Origin: Coriobacteriia bacterium
GTDB taxonomy: Bacteria; Actinomycetota; Coriobacteriia; Anaerosomatales; Anaerosomataceae
DNA length: 54,821 bases
Reading direction: 5' to 3'
Assembly (NCBI GenBank): GCA_016933785.1
Contig: JAFGAG010000001.1
Coordinates: forward strand, 1 to 54,821
Shown here: piece by piece, positions 19,029 through 28,554 of the stretch
How positions within the stretch are numbered: position 1 is the first letter of the stretch
Layout of the letters: the number at the start of each line of letters is the position of its first letter
Program-made: the position numbers and the translations under genes
Notes under the pieces: model-generated
Databases searched by the model: none
What the model saw: the letters and a program-made list of their open reading frames with translations, nothing else
What the model was told of the DNA's origin: nothing

Positions 19029-21683
19029 TCAGACGGCAAGCGCTGCCGCGAACAACAGAAGGACGACGAACACGATCGCCACGTTGGCGCTGATGTCGCG
19101 TGCGTACCGCTGGATCCGCAGGCGTGTTTGAATGACCGTCTCCTCCTGCAGTTGGTGCCCCGGCAGCAGGCCCGACCGTTCCTGGGAGAACCCGCTTACC
19201 GCGAGGCGTAGCAGCTCCACGGCCCACGCCGCCACATTCTCAAGCCTGCTGACACCCCGGGCGTGTACCTCGCTGAGGTCGGAGGCATTGGGGAGTGCGC
19301 GACGAGCCCTGCCGAGGCCGTCCGCGGCGTGGCCGAGTGTGATCTTCGACGCCGGCACCCGTTCGGCCACGAGGAGGTCGAAGCGCTCGCCGCTCAGCAG
19401 TGAGTTCACGATGGCGCCCACCTCACGCGTGATCGACTCACCCCGTTCCCGTCGCGGCGCGAGCGCATGCGCTGCCTCGGCGATCGGTCGACGGGCTTCT
19501 GCGAGGGTCGGGCCTACCGCCGCAAGGAGTGCGAGCGCGTGCTCGAGGTTGCCTCGGCGCATCGCATCACCGAGCACGCCCATGCGTTCGTGCATCATCC
19601 GACCGGCGATGTATGCGGCGATCTCGCGCACGGCATCCAGGCGGGTTCCGTCTGCTTCGTCCAAGTCGGCGTGGGTGGAGGCATACACGACCGCCATGCG
19701 GACGGTATCCTGCCGTTCCCGCTCGAGCACGAGGTACGCCTCCTGCATCAGGTGTTGATCGCGAGCCCCTGGCGCGCCGGTGAGCAGTGTCGTCGTGACC
19801 AGCCGCCACTGCCTCCCGAGCCGCTCGGCGGCGGTCCGGTATGTGGAGCGCGAGACGCGAAGCACCCGCGACGTGCCTCCGCGCACGGCCTCGTAGGTCC
19901 GATCGATCCCGACGCAGAGCGTCACAAGCCCGCGCGCAGCCTGTCGGTACCACCAGTCGATGCTGAAGTACTGCGGCGCGTGTAGGTGGAAGAGGTGGTA
20001 CTTCATCCCCACGAAGAAGAACGCGAAGCCGAGCGCGAAGGCGGTGACCACGCTCATGAGGTCGGGACCGGATAGAAACGAATGCTCGAGGTAGTGGTCG
20101 AGGATGTCGCCGTGAAGACCCCAGGCGTGCAGTCCAGGCTGGAAAACGCCTTTGATGAGGAGCTGCGGGAACCAGCCGAGCGCGATGATGGCCGTCGCGA
20201 GCATGCCCATGCCGAGGAGCATCCTCGGCGGTGCATCCTTCACCTCGGGACCGTACTCCATCTTGGGTTTGCCGAGGAACATCAGCCCGATGAGCTTGAT
20301 GAACGAACACGCCGTGCCGCCGCATGTGACGATGTAGATCTTCTCTGCGATGCCGAGCGAGGCGAGCTCGTGGTACTCCCAGGCCTCGACGATCGCGTGG
20401 TGGATGAGGCACTTGCTCACGAATCCGTTGAAGAGCGGTACGCCGGTGATGCCGGCAGCCGCGACGCACATGAACACGAACGTGATCGGCATCTTCTTCC
20501 ACAGGCCGCCCGTGTGATACAGGTCGAGCGAGTGCGTGCGGAAGTACACCGCGCCCACGCCGAGGAAGAGGCATGCCTTGAACAGTGCGTGGTTCACCAC
20601 GTGGTACAGGCCGCCTGCCACGCCCATCGCTCCGTGAGCGCCGAGGTAGCCTGCCGCACCGATGCCCGCAAGGATGAACCCCATCTGGCTCACGCTGTGG
20701 TAGGCGAGCATGCGCTTGGCGTTGGACTGCTGGAGCGCCAGGAACACGCCGATGAACATCGTGGCGATGCCGATCCAGAGCACCACCAACCCCAGCTGTT
20801 CCGAGAAGTGCCAGAGACCCTCCTCCACGTGCTCGGCCACCTCGGGGCGGAAGAGTGCGGTCACCACGCGGAAGATCCCGTAGGCGCCAGCCTTGATCAT
20901 CACGCCGGACAGCAGCGCGCTCGCCGGCGCCGGCGCCACCGGGTGCGCGTCGGGGAGCCACACGTGTACGGGCACCATGCCGGCCTTCACGCCGAAGCCG
21001 ATGATGAGCAGGATCGCCGCAGCCCAGCGGAGCACCTCGTCGCCGTGGCCGGCCGGCAGCGGTTCAAGCGCGCCCGAACCCCCGAGCGCGAAGGTGAGGA
21101 AGATGCCACCCACGAGTGCGAAGCCGCCGATCACCGTCATCCAGAAGTATTTGCCGGCGGCCTTCTTGGCGTCGTCGGTCTCGGTGTGGATGACGAGCAG
21201 GAACGCCACCAGCCCGAGCGCCTCGAAGAAAAGATAGAGCGTCACCAGGTCGCCCGCGAGCACCACGCCGAGGTTCGCGGCGAGCACCACGAGCGTGGTG
21301 GTGTGATAGCGGTCGTGCTTCTTCTCGTGTTTCAAGTAGTCGAGCGAGTGGAGTGTGGCGGCGAACCACACGAAGGAAGTGAAGATCGCGAAGAGCATCG
21401 AGAACGAGTCGACGGTGAACGTCAGTTCGTCGAGGAGTGCGGGCACGATGCTCTGGATGCGGTGATGCTCGGCGACGAGCGGGATGAGTCCCACGGCGCC
21501 GAGGAGCGTGAGTGCGGTGACGACCACCACGTAGGCGTTGCGCATGCCTGGCCAGCGCTTGCCGATCGGTCGGACGAGGGCGGAGGCGACGAGCGGGCCG
21601 AGCACGAGCGCCGCAGGAAGCGGGCTCGATGCCAGGTGCGCCACCTCCGCTACGACGTGCGCCGTATGTCCAACGTCCATCAT
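19029..21683 (-). CDS. MrpA/D (complex I subunit 5 / HyfB-like) antiporter-like subunit with long C-terminal extension
   Basis: FFEALG, VKAGMVPVHVWLPDAHP, KRMLAYHSVSQMG, NHALFKACLFL; 884 aa. Confidence 0.88.
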   Translation of the reverse strand: MMDVGHTAHVVAEVAHLASSPLPAALVLGPLVASALVRPIGKRWPGMRNAYVVVVTALTLLGAVGLIPLVAEHHRIQSIVPALLDELTFTVDSFSMLFAIFTSFVWFAATLHSLDYLKHEKKHDRYHTTTLVVLAANLGVVLAGDLVTLYLFFEALGLVAFLLVIHTETDDAKKAAGKYFWMTVIGGFALVGGIFLTFALGGSGALEPLPAGHGDEVLRWAAAILLIIGFGVKAGMVPVHVWLPDAHPVAPAPASALLSGVMIKAGAYGIFRVVTALFRPEVAEHVEEGLWHFSEQLGLVVLWIGIATMFIGVFLALQQSNAKRMLAYHSVSQMGFILAGIGAAGYLGAHGAMGVAGGLYHVVNHALFKACLFLGVGAVYFRTHSLDLYHTGGLWKKMPITFVFMCVAAAGITGVPLFNGFVSKCLIHHAIVEAWEYHELASLGIAEKIYIVTCGGTACSFIKLIGLMFLGKPKMEYGPEVKDAPPRMLLGMGMLATAIIALGWFPQLLIKGVFQPGLHAWGLHGDILDHYLEHSFLSGPDLMSVVTAFALGFAFFFVGMKYHLFHLHAPQYFSIDWWYRQAARGLVTLCVGIDRTYEAVRGGTSRVLRVSRSTYRTAAERLGRQWRLVTTTLLTGAPGARDQHLMQEAYLVLERERQDTVRMAVVYASTHADLDEADGTRLDAVREIAAYIAGRMMHERMGVLGDAMRRGNLEHALALLAAVGPTLAEARRPIAEAAHALAPRRERGESITREVGAIVNSLLSGERFDLLVAERVPASKITLGHAADGLGRARRALPNASDLSEVHARGVSRLENVAAWAVELLRLAVSGFSQERSGLLPGHQLQEETVIQTRLRIQRYARDISANVAIVFVVLLLFAAALAV

Positions 21684-21689
21684 CCGCTC

Positions 21690-23189
21690 CTAGTGGAAGA
21701 ACGCTTCGGCGGCCAGACGCGCGAGTTCCACAGGCATACCGGGCAGCGATGCGCCGATCCCGAGCAGGACCGTCAGTGCTGTCGCCACCACGAGCGGCCC
21801 GAGCATCGTTGCCGGTGCCTCGCGACCTTCGGCCACCGTGAGGTCCTCGGGCGTGATGACCGGTTCACGGAAGTACATCCGATAGACGATCGGCAGCAGG
21901 TAGATCGCCGCCATCAGCGCTCCTCCGAGCAGCACCGCCAGGAGCCACGGCCTGTCGGTCTCCAGCATGCCGAGTCCGAGGTACCACTTGCTGGTGAAGC
22001 CCGAGAGCGGCGGTGTCCCGATCATCCCGAGACACGCGATCGTGAAGCACGCCGCAGTGATCGGCATACGCCGGGCGGCGCCATCGAGTTGCCGGACGTT
22101 GTACGCGCCGAGCCGCCTGATGAACAGGCCGGCGCACAGGAAGAGCCCGCCTTTCATGAAGGCGTGATTGGTGATGTGCACGAGTGCGCCGACGGTGGAC
22201 TCCAGCCCCAGTAACGAGACGGCCAGGACGACGTACGCCATCTGGCTGATCGTCGAGTATGCGAGCCGACGCTTGAGGTTGTCCTGGTTGACCGCGAGCG
22301 CAGCGGCGAACAGCACCGTGAACCCCGCTACTCCGGTGACGTACGGCATCACGCCCATCGCAGCGAGGAGACTCGGACCGAAGACCTGGAAGACCGTGCG
22401 GATGATGCCGAAGCTGCCTGCGGCGACCATGACGCCCGACAGCACCGCTGAGAACGGCGCCGGGGCCGCCGGGTGCGCGTCGGGGACCCACCCGTGCAGT
22501 GGCACGAGCGCCGCTTTGACCCCGAACCCGACGAGGAAGCACCAGAAGATCGCCTGGAGCATCGCGGGATCGGTCTCGGAGCTCAGGATCCCACCTGCCG
22601 CGAAGGTCTGGACCCCCGCCGAGAAGAACGTGAGCACGATCGCGAGCAGTACGAGCGTGCCACCCACGAGGATGTAGACGATGTACTTGGTGCCGGCCGC
22701 CATCGCCTGGGGCGTCTCCTCATGCACCACGAGCGGGTAGGTCAGGATGCTGAACAGTTCGTAGAAGATCAGGAATGTGAGCAGGTTGCCGGCGTATGCC
22801 AGGCCCAGGGTCCAGGCAAGGCACAGGATGAAGAAGCCGTAGTACCGGCCAAGGCGGTGTTCGCCGCGCATGTAGCCGAGCGAATAGACGAGCGCCAGCA
22901 GCCACAACACCGCGACCGTCGCGCCGAAGAGGGCTCCGGCGGCGTCCACCCGCAGATACATCCAGATCTGCGGCGTGAGCTGCAGGATGTAGGTATCGTA
23001 GACCGAGCCGCCAGCAGCGCCGGCGGCCAGCACGAGCGTCATGACCGCCACGGACGCCGCCACGACGAGCAGCAGTGCGGCGCGCGCACGCTCGGAGACC
23101 CGTTGTACCGGCGCGGTGAGCACCGCGGCCACGAGCGGCAGCGCGAACGCAAGCAGTGGAAGTATCGAACGGGTCGCTTCGGTCTCCAT
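21690..23189 (-). CDS. MrpD/MnhD-like antiporter subunit
   Basis: ATG 23189 after SD GAGGTGG; FYELFS, VKAALVPLHGWVPDAH, KRRLAYSTISQ, NHAFMK. Confidence 0.9.
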   Translation of the reverse strand: METEATRSILPLLAFALPLVAAVLTAPVQRVSERARAALLLVVAASVAVMTLVLAAGAAGGSVYDTYILQLTPQIWMYLRVDAAGALFGATVAVLWLLALVYSLGYMRGEHRLGRYYGFFILCLAWTLGLAYAGNLLTFLIFYELFSILTYPLVVHEETPQAMAAGTKYIVYILVGGTLVLLAIVLTFFSAGVQTFAAGGILSSETDPAMLQAIFWCFLVGFGVKAALVPLHGWVPDAHPAAPAPFSAVLSGVMVAAGSFGIIRTVFQVFGPSLLAAMGVMPYVTGVAGFTVLFAAALAVNQDNLKRRLAYSTISQMAYVVLAVSLLGLESTVGALVHITNHAFMKGGLFLCAGLFIRRLGAYNVRQLDGAARRMPITAACFTIACLGMIGTPPLSGFTSKWYLGLGMLETDRPWLLAVLLGGALMAAIYLLPIVYRMYFREPVITPEDLTVAEGREAPATMLGPLVVATALTVLLGIGASLPGMPVELARLAAEAFFH

Positions 23190-23200
23190 ACCGACCACCT

Positions 23201-24673
23201 CTACATCCCGAAGACGAACGTCACCGCGGCCTGTGCCATCGCGAAGGGCATGCCTGGCACGGATACGGTCATGCCGAGCAGCAGTACGTACGCGGCACAC
23301 GCGAGCGTGGGGCCGAGCATCGTCCAGTGCGCCTCTTGCACGGGGACCTCCTCGCGTGGAGCCTTGAAGAACGCCGTGTAGATGATGGGCAGCCAGTACG
23401 CGGCGTTCAGCAAAGCGCTCCCCAGCATCACGAGCGCGTAGATCCACCGATCGCTCTCGAGCGCGCCGAGCGAGAGGTACCACTTGGTCACGAACCCCGC
23501 GAAGAGCGGGATCCCGATGAAGCTCAGCGCGGCGACAGTGAAGGCGCCCATCGTGTAGGGCATCCGGTAACCGATCCCTGCGAGCTCGTGGATCGTCGTC
23601 TTGCCTGTCGTACGCTGGATGGAGCCCGCGACGAAGAACATCGTGATCTTGGCGAAGGCCTGGTTGGCGATGTGCACGATCGCCGCAGTGGCAGCGAGCG
23701 GCGAGAGAAGCGCGGCTCCGAGCACTATGTACGAGAGCTGACTGACAGTAGAGAACGCAAGCCGCCGTTTGAAGTTGTCCTGGAAGATGGCGATCACCGA
23801 GGCTGCGATGATGGTGGTCGCCGCAAGTGCCGCAAGCCAGTCGCAGACGCCGAGCTCGCGCAGTAGTCCCACACCGAACACGTTGTAGATGGTTCGCAAC
23901 ACGCCGAACGCCCCGACCTTCACCACGGCTACCGCATGGAGCAGCGCACTGACCGGCGTGGGCGCGACCATCGCCGTCGGAAGCCACCCATGGAGCGGCA
24001 TGATCGCCGCCTTCACGCCGAACCCGGCGATGAGGCAAACGAAGAGCAGGGTCAGTGTCGTCCGGCCGGCCTCCAGGGGAAGGATCCCCGGCTGCGAGAG
24101 GGTCATCGTGCCCGCGAGCTGGTAGGTCCATATCGACCCGAGCAGCACGAAGGCGCCACCGGTCAGCGTGTAGGCGAGGTACGTGCGCCCCGCGCGCATG
24201 GCCTCGGGTGTCTCGTCATGGATGACGAGCGGATACGTGCAGATGGTGAGCGTCTCATAGAAGAGGAACATCGTGAGCAGGTTCTCGGCGAAGGCGACGC
24301 CCACCGTGGTCGAGACGCAGAGTGCGAAGAATCCGAAGAACCGCCGCCGGTTCGGTTCGCGTTCCATATAGCCGATCGCGTAGACGGTCGTGAAGAGCCA
24401 CAGTGTCGAGGAGACCACCGAGAAGAACATGCCGAGCGAGTCAGCACGGAACGCCAGGCCGACGCCGGGAGTGAATTCCACGAGATCGAACGTGTAGACC
24501 ACGCCCCGGAGCGATCCGGGCAGCATCGACATGACGATACCGAGCTTCGCAAGCGCGGCCGACAGGCTCCAGAACCGACGCCAGAACGTGTGGTCGGCAG
24601 CAGCGAACACCAGCGCACCACACAAGAGTGATATCGCGGGAGCGAGGGCGACCCGTGCGTCCACGATTTCCAT
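23201..24673 (-). CDS. MrpD/MnhD-like antiporter subunit
   Basis: FYETLT, VKAAIMPLHGWLP, SALLHAVAVVK, KRRLAFSTVSQL. Confidence 0.9.
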   Translation of the reverse strand: MEIVDARVALAPAISLLCGALVFAAADHTFWRRFWSLSAALAKLGIVMSMLPGSLRGVVYTFDLVEFTPGVGLAFRADSLGMFFSVVSSTLWLFTTVYAIGYMEREPNRRRFFGFFALCVSTTVGVAFAENLLTMFLFYETLTICTYPLVIHDETPEAMRAGRTYLAYTLTGGAFVLLGSIWTYQLAGTMTLSQPGILPLEAGRTTLTLLFVCLIAGFGVKAAIMPLHGWLPTAMVAPTPVSALLHAVAVVKVGAFGVLRTIYNVFGVGLLRELGVCDWLAALAATTIIAASVIAIFQDNFKRRLAFSTVSQLSYIVLGAALLSPLAATAAIVHIANQAFAKITMFFVAGSIQRTTGKTTIHELAGIGYRMPYTMGAFTVAALSFIGIPLFAGFVTKWYLSLGALESDRWIYALVMLGSALLNAAYWLPIIYTAFFKAPREEVPVQEAHWTMLGPTLACAAYVLLLGMTVSVPGMPFAMAQAAVTFVFGM

Positions 24674-26164
24674 CTAGCCACCTCCCAGCGGAGCGAGCAG
24701 GCGCGCGACGGCAGGCTCGATGAAACTCAGCGGCAGACTCCCGAGCACACCCATCACCAGGCAGAGCGTTGCCAGCACGAGCACGGGAACGAGCATCGTG
24801 GCTGGCGCTTCGTGGACCGCCGACGCGCCCGCATCCTGCGGCTTGCGGAAGTAGAAGGCGTTCACCATGCGGATGTAGTAGACGAAGATCAGAAGCGCGC
24901 CGAAGACGAGCGCTACGGCGAAGAGCGGTTGTCCGGCCTGCAGCGCCCCGAGCGCGATGTACCACTTGCACAGGAAGCCGGCCGTCGGAGGGATGCCGAC
25001 GATCGAGATCGCGCCGATGGAGATCGCCGCGGTGGTGAACGGCATCGAGCGGCCGACCCCTGCGAGTCCGGAGAGCGTGCGCTGCCCGGTCTGGTGTATG
25101 AGCGCCCCGGCACCGAGGAAGAGCGTCGCCTTGATCAGCGCGTGGTTGAACACATGGACGGTCGCACCGATGAGCGAGTAGGAGGACGCCAGGCCGAGCC
25201 CCATGACGATGTAGCCGATGTTGGAGATGGTGGAGTAGGCGAGCATCATCTTGATGTCGTCCTGGAAGACCGCGAAGAACGCGCCCATGACGATCGAGAT
25301 CGCTCCGAGCCAGGTGAGCATGAGGTTCAGGCCGCTCAGGTCGATCGCTCCGGAACCGTAGGCGATCTGGTACATGCGCAGCATGCCGAGGATCCCCACT
25401 TTGACGACGAGGCCGGACAGTATCGCCGAGACGGGACTCGGTGCGATGGCGTGCGCATCGGGTAGCCAGATGTGCAAGGGGAACAGCGCGGACTTCACCA
25501 TGAGGCCGAGCGTGAGCGCGGCGAACGCCACCACGAGCGGCGCCTTCGCAGACCCCGCGAGCCGCATCGTCACATCGGCCATGTTGAGAGAGCCGGTGAG
25601 CGCGTAGAGCAGTCCCACGCCGAACAGGATCGACAGCGACGAGACCGCACCCATGACCAGATACTTGAACGCCGCCATCTCGGCGGTCTTCTCGCCGCTG
25701 ATAGCGACGAGCGCGTAGGCCGAGAGTGAAAGGATCTCCATGAAGACATACAGGTTGAACAGGTCGCCGGTGACGATGAAGCCGATCATCCCGGTGATGT
25801 TCAGCAGCAGCAGCGTGTAGTAGTACGGGATGCGCTCGGGCGCGAGTGCTGCGGGCGCATAATGCCGCGAGAACACCACGGCGAGGAGACCCAGCAGGCA
25901 GACCACAGCGACCGATGCGCTGAACTCGTCGAAGTGCAGCTCGATGCCGTACGGCGCCACCCATCCTCCCACAACGTAGGAGAACGGTCCCTCATCGAGC
26001 ACCCGCATGATGAGCGCCCCGGCCATCGCGCTCGTGAGCAGCATCGTGCCGATCGCCCATTCCCACGACCGGCGTCCGGTGGCGTCGCTCACCGCAGGCG
26101 TCAGGACCGCGCCGACGAGCGGCGTGAGCACGAAGAGCACGAGCAGCGGAGGCCATGAGATCAT
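24674..26164 (-). CDS. mnhD: MrpD/MnhD antiporter subunit
   Basis: TGDLFNLYVFMEI, KSALFPLHIWLPDAH, NHALIK; start ATG 26164 next to the mnhC stop. Confidence 0.9.
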   Translation of the reverse strand: MISWPPLLVLFVLTPLVGAVLTPAVSDATGRRSWEWAIGTMLLTSAMAGALIMRVLDEGPFSYVVGGWVAPYGIELHFDEFSASVAVVCLLGLLAVVFSRHYAPAALAPERIPYYYTLLLLNITGMIGFIVTGDLFNLYVFMEILSLSAYALVAISGEKTAEMAAFKYLVMGAVSSLSILFGVGLLYALTGSLNMADVTMRLAGSAKAPLVVAFAALTLGLMVKSALFPLHIWLPDAHAIAPSPVSAILSGLVVKVGILGMLRMYQIAYGSGAIDLSGLNLMLTWLGAISIVMGAFFAVFQDDIKMMLAYSTISNIGYIVMGLGLASSYSLIGATVHVFNHALIKATLFLGAGALIHQTGQRTLSGLAGVGRSMPFTTAAISIGAISIVGIPPTAGFLCKWYIALGALQAGQPLFAVALVFGALLIFVYYIRMVNAFYFRKPQDAGASAVHEAPATMLVPVLVLATLCLVMGVLGSLPLSFIEPAVARLLAPLGGG

Positions 26165-26165
26165 C

Positions 26166-26519
26166 TCACTCGGCCTCCCGCAGCTCATCGGCTTCGATGG
26201 TCCCGCACTGCCGCCAGATGCGGATCACGAGCGAAAGGGCGAGCGCCGTGGTGCTCACGGCCACCACGATCCCGGTGAGGATGAGCGCCTGGGGCAGCGG
26301 GTTGATGAACGGCTCCGCCGCGCCCTCGCCCATGATCGGTGCGTTCCCTCCATCGACCACGCCGAGTGCCACGATGAACGCGAAGATCGCGGTCTCCATG
26401 ATGTTGAGGCCCATGAACTTCTTGATCAGGTTGTTGCGCGTTATAACCGCGTACAGCCCGATGCAGAACAGGATCATCGAGGCTGCGTAGTCCAGGTTGT
26501 TCCAGAGGAGGTCGATCAT
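26166..26519 (-). CDS. mnhC: MrpC/MnhC antiporter subunit
   Basis: NLIKK..GL, NPLPQALILTGIVV motif; 117 aa. Confidence 0.93.
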   Translation of the reverse strand: MIDLLWNNLDYAASMILFCIGLYAVITRNNLIKKFMGLNIMETAIFAFIVALGVVDGGNAPIMGEGAAEPFINPLPQALILTGIVVAVSTTALALSLVIRIWRQCGTIEADELREAE

Positions 26520-27232
26520 GACCGGCCTCCCATCAGCCTGAAGACGCGCGCGAAGACCACGGCGCCACCGATGCCGATTCCGGCCTCGATCAGCACGAGC
26601 ATCGCCTCCGCAACGGGACGCAGCTGCTCGTCACGCGGGAATGACAGGAAGTCGCCCCACGCGATCAGCCCGGCGAGTCCGACGGCGACGAAGGTGAGCG
26701 GCGCGATCACCTGGATGATCCGTATCGGTCGCTGTGGGATGAGTTTCGCGGATTCACGCTCGCCGAGGACGAGTGTGAGCGCGATGACAAGCGCGCCGAG
26801 CATCGTGCCGCCCTGAAAGCCGCCTCCGGGGGTGACGTGACCGTTCAGGATGACGTACACCGCGAACACGAGGATGAATGGTGCCAGCACCCGCACGATG
26901 AAGCGCACGACCACACTCGGCTCCACGTGCGTGGCATCAGTGTCGGGCCGATTCCCCGCGTCGCGTACCCCTGTCAGCACGGCGATCACCGCCATGAGCG
27001 CGGTTACGATCACCGTGACCTCACCGTTGGTGTCGAAACCCCGGTAGTTGAGGATCACGCTCGTCACGACGTTCTCCGAGCCGGTCTCCTCGGGTCCATG
27101 TTCGAGGTAGTAGGCGCCCACGTGTGTGTAGGCGGGTGTGTCCGGCGAGCCGTGCGGGGGGAGAGCGGCCACGGCATTGAGCAGGACGGCCGCGAGCACG
27201 ATCAACAGCACGATGGTGAGGGCGCGCTTCAC
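26516..27232 (-). CDS. mnhB: MrpB/MnhB antiporter subunit
   Basis: NVVTSVILNYRGFDT.GE and GHVTPGGGFQGG motifs. Confidence 0.93.
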   Translation of the reverse strand: MKRALTIVLLIVLAAVLLNAVAALPPHGSPDTPAYTHVGAYYLEHGPEETGSENVVTSVILNYRGFDTNGEVTVIVTALMAVIAVLTGVRDAGNRPDTDATHVEPSVVVRFIVRVLAPFILVFAVYVILNGHVTPGGGFQGGTMLGALVIALTLVLGERESAKLIPQRPIRIIQVIAPLTFVAVGLAGLIAWGDFLSFPRDEQLRPVAEAMLVLIEAGIGIGGAVVFARVFRLMGGRS

Positions 27233-27233
27233 G

Positions 27234-27476
27234 TCAGCGCTCCTTCCTCGTCGTGCGGCCGATTGTCACCAGGAACAGCACGGTGGTGACTCCGGCACCC
27301 ACTGCCGCCTCGGTCATCGCGACATCTGGTGCGCCCCGGTGCAGCCACAGCAGACACATCATCAGCGAGTACGTGGAGAACACGATCGCCGCCGCAAGGA
27401 GGTCCTTGAGGCGGATGACTGCGATCGCTGAGGCGATGAGCAGGGCGATGAGCATGATGTCGAAGGCGCGGCTCAC
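27234..27476 (-). CDS. MnhB-related small subunit (DUF4040/MbhD-like)
   Basis: 80 aa; APDVAMTEAAVGAG motif. Confidence 0.9.
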   Translation of the reverse strand: MSRAFDIMLIALLIASAIAVIRLKDLLAAAIVFSTYSLMMCLLWLHRGAPDVAMTEAAVGAGVTTVLFLVTIGRTTRKER

Positions 27477-27799
27477 CGATGCTTCACCGGACCCGTCAGC
27501 GGCGTGAGGCCGGTCCGGTATGCCGCGCGGGCGAGTGCGTGAGCGGCGGTGGGGCTTGAAAGCAGCACGAGTCCTCCGAGCGCGAGCAGCTTGAGGGCAT
27601 CAGGCTCCGGAGCACGCAACAGCGCGAGAGCGAGCAGGATCGACCCCGCGCCGACGGTGTCGCACTTGGTAGCGGCGTGTGTGCGGGAATAGAAGTCCGG
27701 GAAGCGAAGCATGCCGAGGGTGCCGACCAGGAAGAAGAACGCCCCGGTACCGCAGAGCGCCACGGCAAGCGCACCTCGTGCTGCCTCGAGGACGCTCAC
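27473..27799 (-). CDS. mnhG: MrpG/MnhG antiporter subunit
   Basis: RFPDFYSRTHAATK, PTAAHALARAA; GTGA overlap with mnhF. Confidence 0.93.
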   Translation of the reverse strand: MSVLEAARGALAVALCGTGAFFFLVGTLGMLRFPDFYSRTHAATKCDTVGAGSILLALALLRAPEPDALKLLALGGLVLLSSPTAAHALARAAYRTGLTPLTGPVKHR

Positions 27800-28071
27800 T
27801 CCCACTCACCCCGCAGTCGGCCTGTCTCCACGAGTCGTCCCGCGGCGATGGTCACGATGAAGTTGAGCAGCCCGTACACCAGGGCGACGTCGACGAAGAG
27901 GCTGCGCTCGAAGACGAACGACAGCAGGCACAGCACCACGAGCGTCTTGGTCCCGACCACGTTCACGGCAAGCAGGCGGTCCGCGGCGGTGGGCCCCAGG
28001 TAGGCGCGGAGCAAGCAGAGCGACGCGTTCGCCAGCAAGAACACGGCGAGCCCCCACAAGAAGGCTGTCAT
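27796..28071 (-). CDS. mnhF: MrpF/MnhF antiporter subunit
   Basis: GPTAADRLLA, DVALVYGLLNF. Confidence 0.92.
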   Translation of the reverse strand: MTAFLWGLAVFLLANASLCLLRAYLGPTAADRLLAVNVVGTKTLVVLCLLSFVFERSLFVDVALVYGLLNFIVTIAAGRLVETGRLRGEWE

Positions 28072-28080
28072 CGCAGTCGC

Positions 28081-28554
28081 CTACCTGTCGAATGTCGCGG
28101 TGACCCGTCGTTCGAGGTCGCCGCTGGAGATCGCGTCTGAGAACGACTCGTGCAGGCAATGGATGATGAACACGTCGCCGTCCACATCGACGGTGAGCGT
28201 CCCTGGGGTGAGCGTGATCGAGTTGGCAAACGCCGCGCGCGCGGTGTCCGACGAGAATCGCACACGGTGGGTCTGCATCGCGGGCGAGATGTTCATCTCC
28301 GGATCGAGCACCCGCTCGGCCACGTAGACCGCGGCCACCACGATCTCCTTGAGGAGGTAGCCCAGGTACAGCGGAAGCCGCACCCAGGTACGCACCGGCA
28401 GCGGCTCGGACTCGCCGGGCCAGAGTACGCGGTCCGCCCACCACCCGGCGATTCCGGCCACCACCAGGCCGACGAGCAGGTCGAACGGCCTTACAGAGGC
28501 AGTGATGAGCAGCCAGAAGACGTACAGCACGCCGATGGACGCGATCCGTCTCAC
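28081..28554 (-). CDS. mnhE: MrpE/MnhE antiporter subunit
   Basis: ANSITLTPGTLTVD motif. Confidence 0.93.
   Translation of the reverse strand: MRRIASIGVLYVFWLLITASVRPFDLLVGLVVAGIAGWWADRVLWPGESEPLPVRTWVRLPLYLGYLLKEIVVAAVYVAERVLDPEMNISPAMQTHRVRFSSDTARAAFANSITLTPGTLTVDVDGDVFIIHCLHESFSDAISSGDLERRVTATFDR

Noticed and set aside
21690-24131. 813-aa ORF as a fused antiporter subunit
   Set aside because: The first ~314 codons are an alternate frame of the upstream mnhD-like gene; the true start is ATG 23189 with an SD
18151-28554. Membrane-bound [NiFe] hydrogenase or complex I operon
   Set aside because: No large or small catalytic subunit and no NuoH-like gene in the cluster
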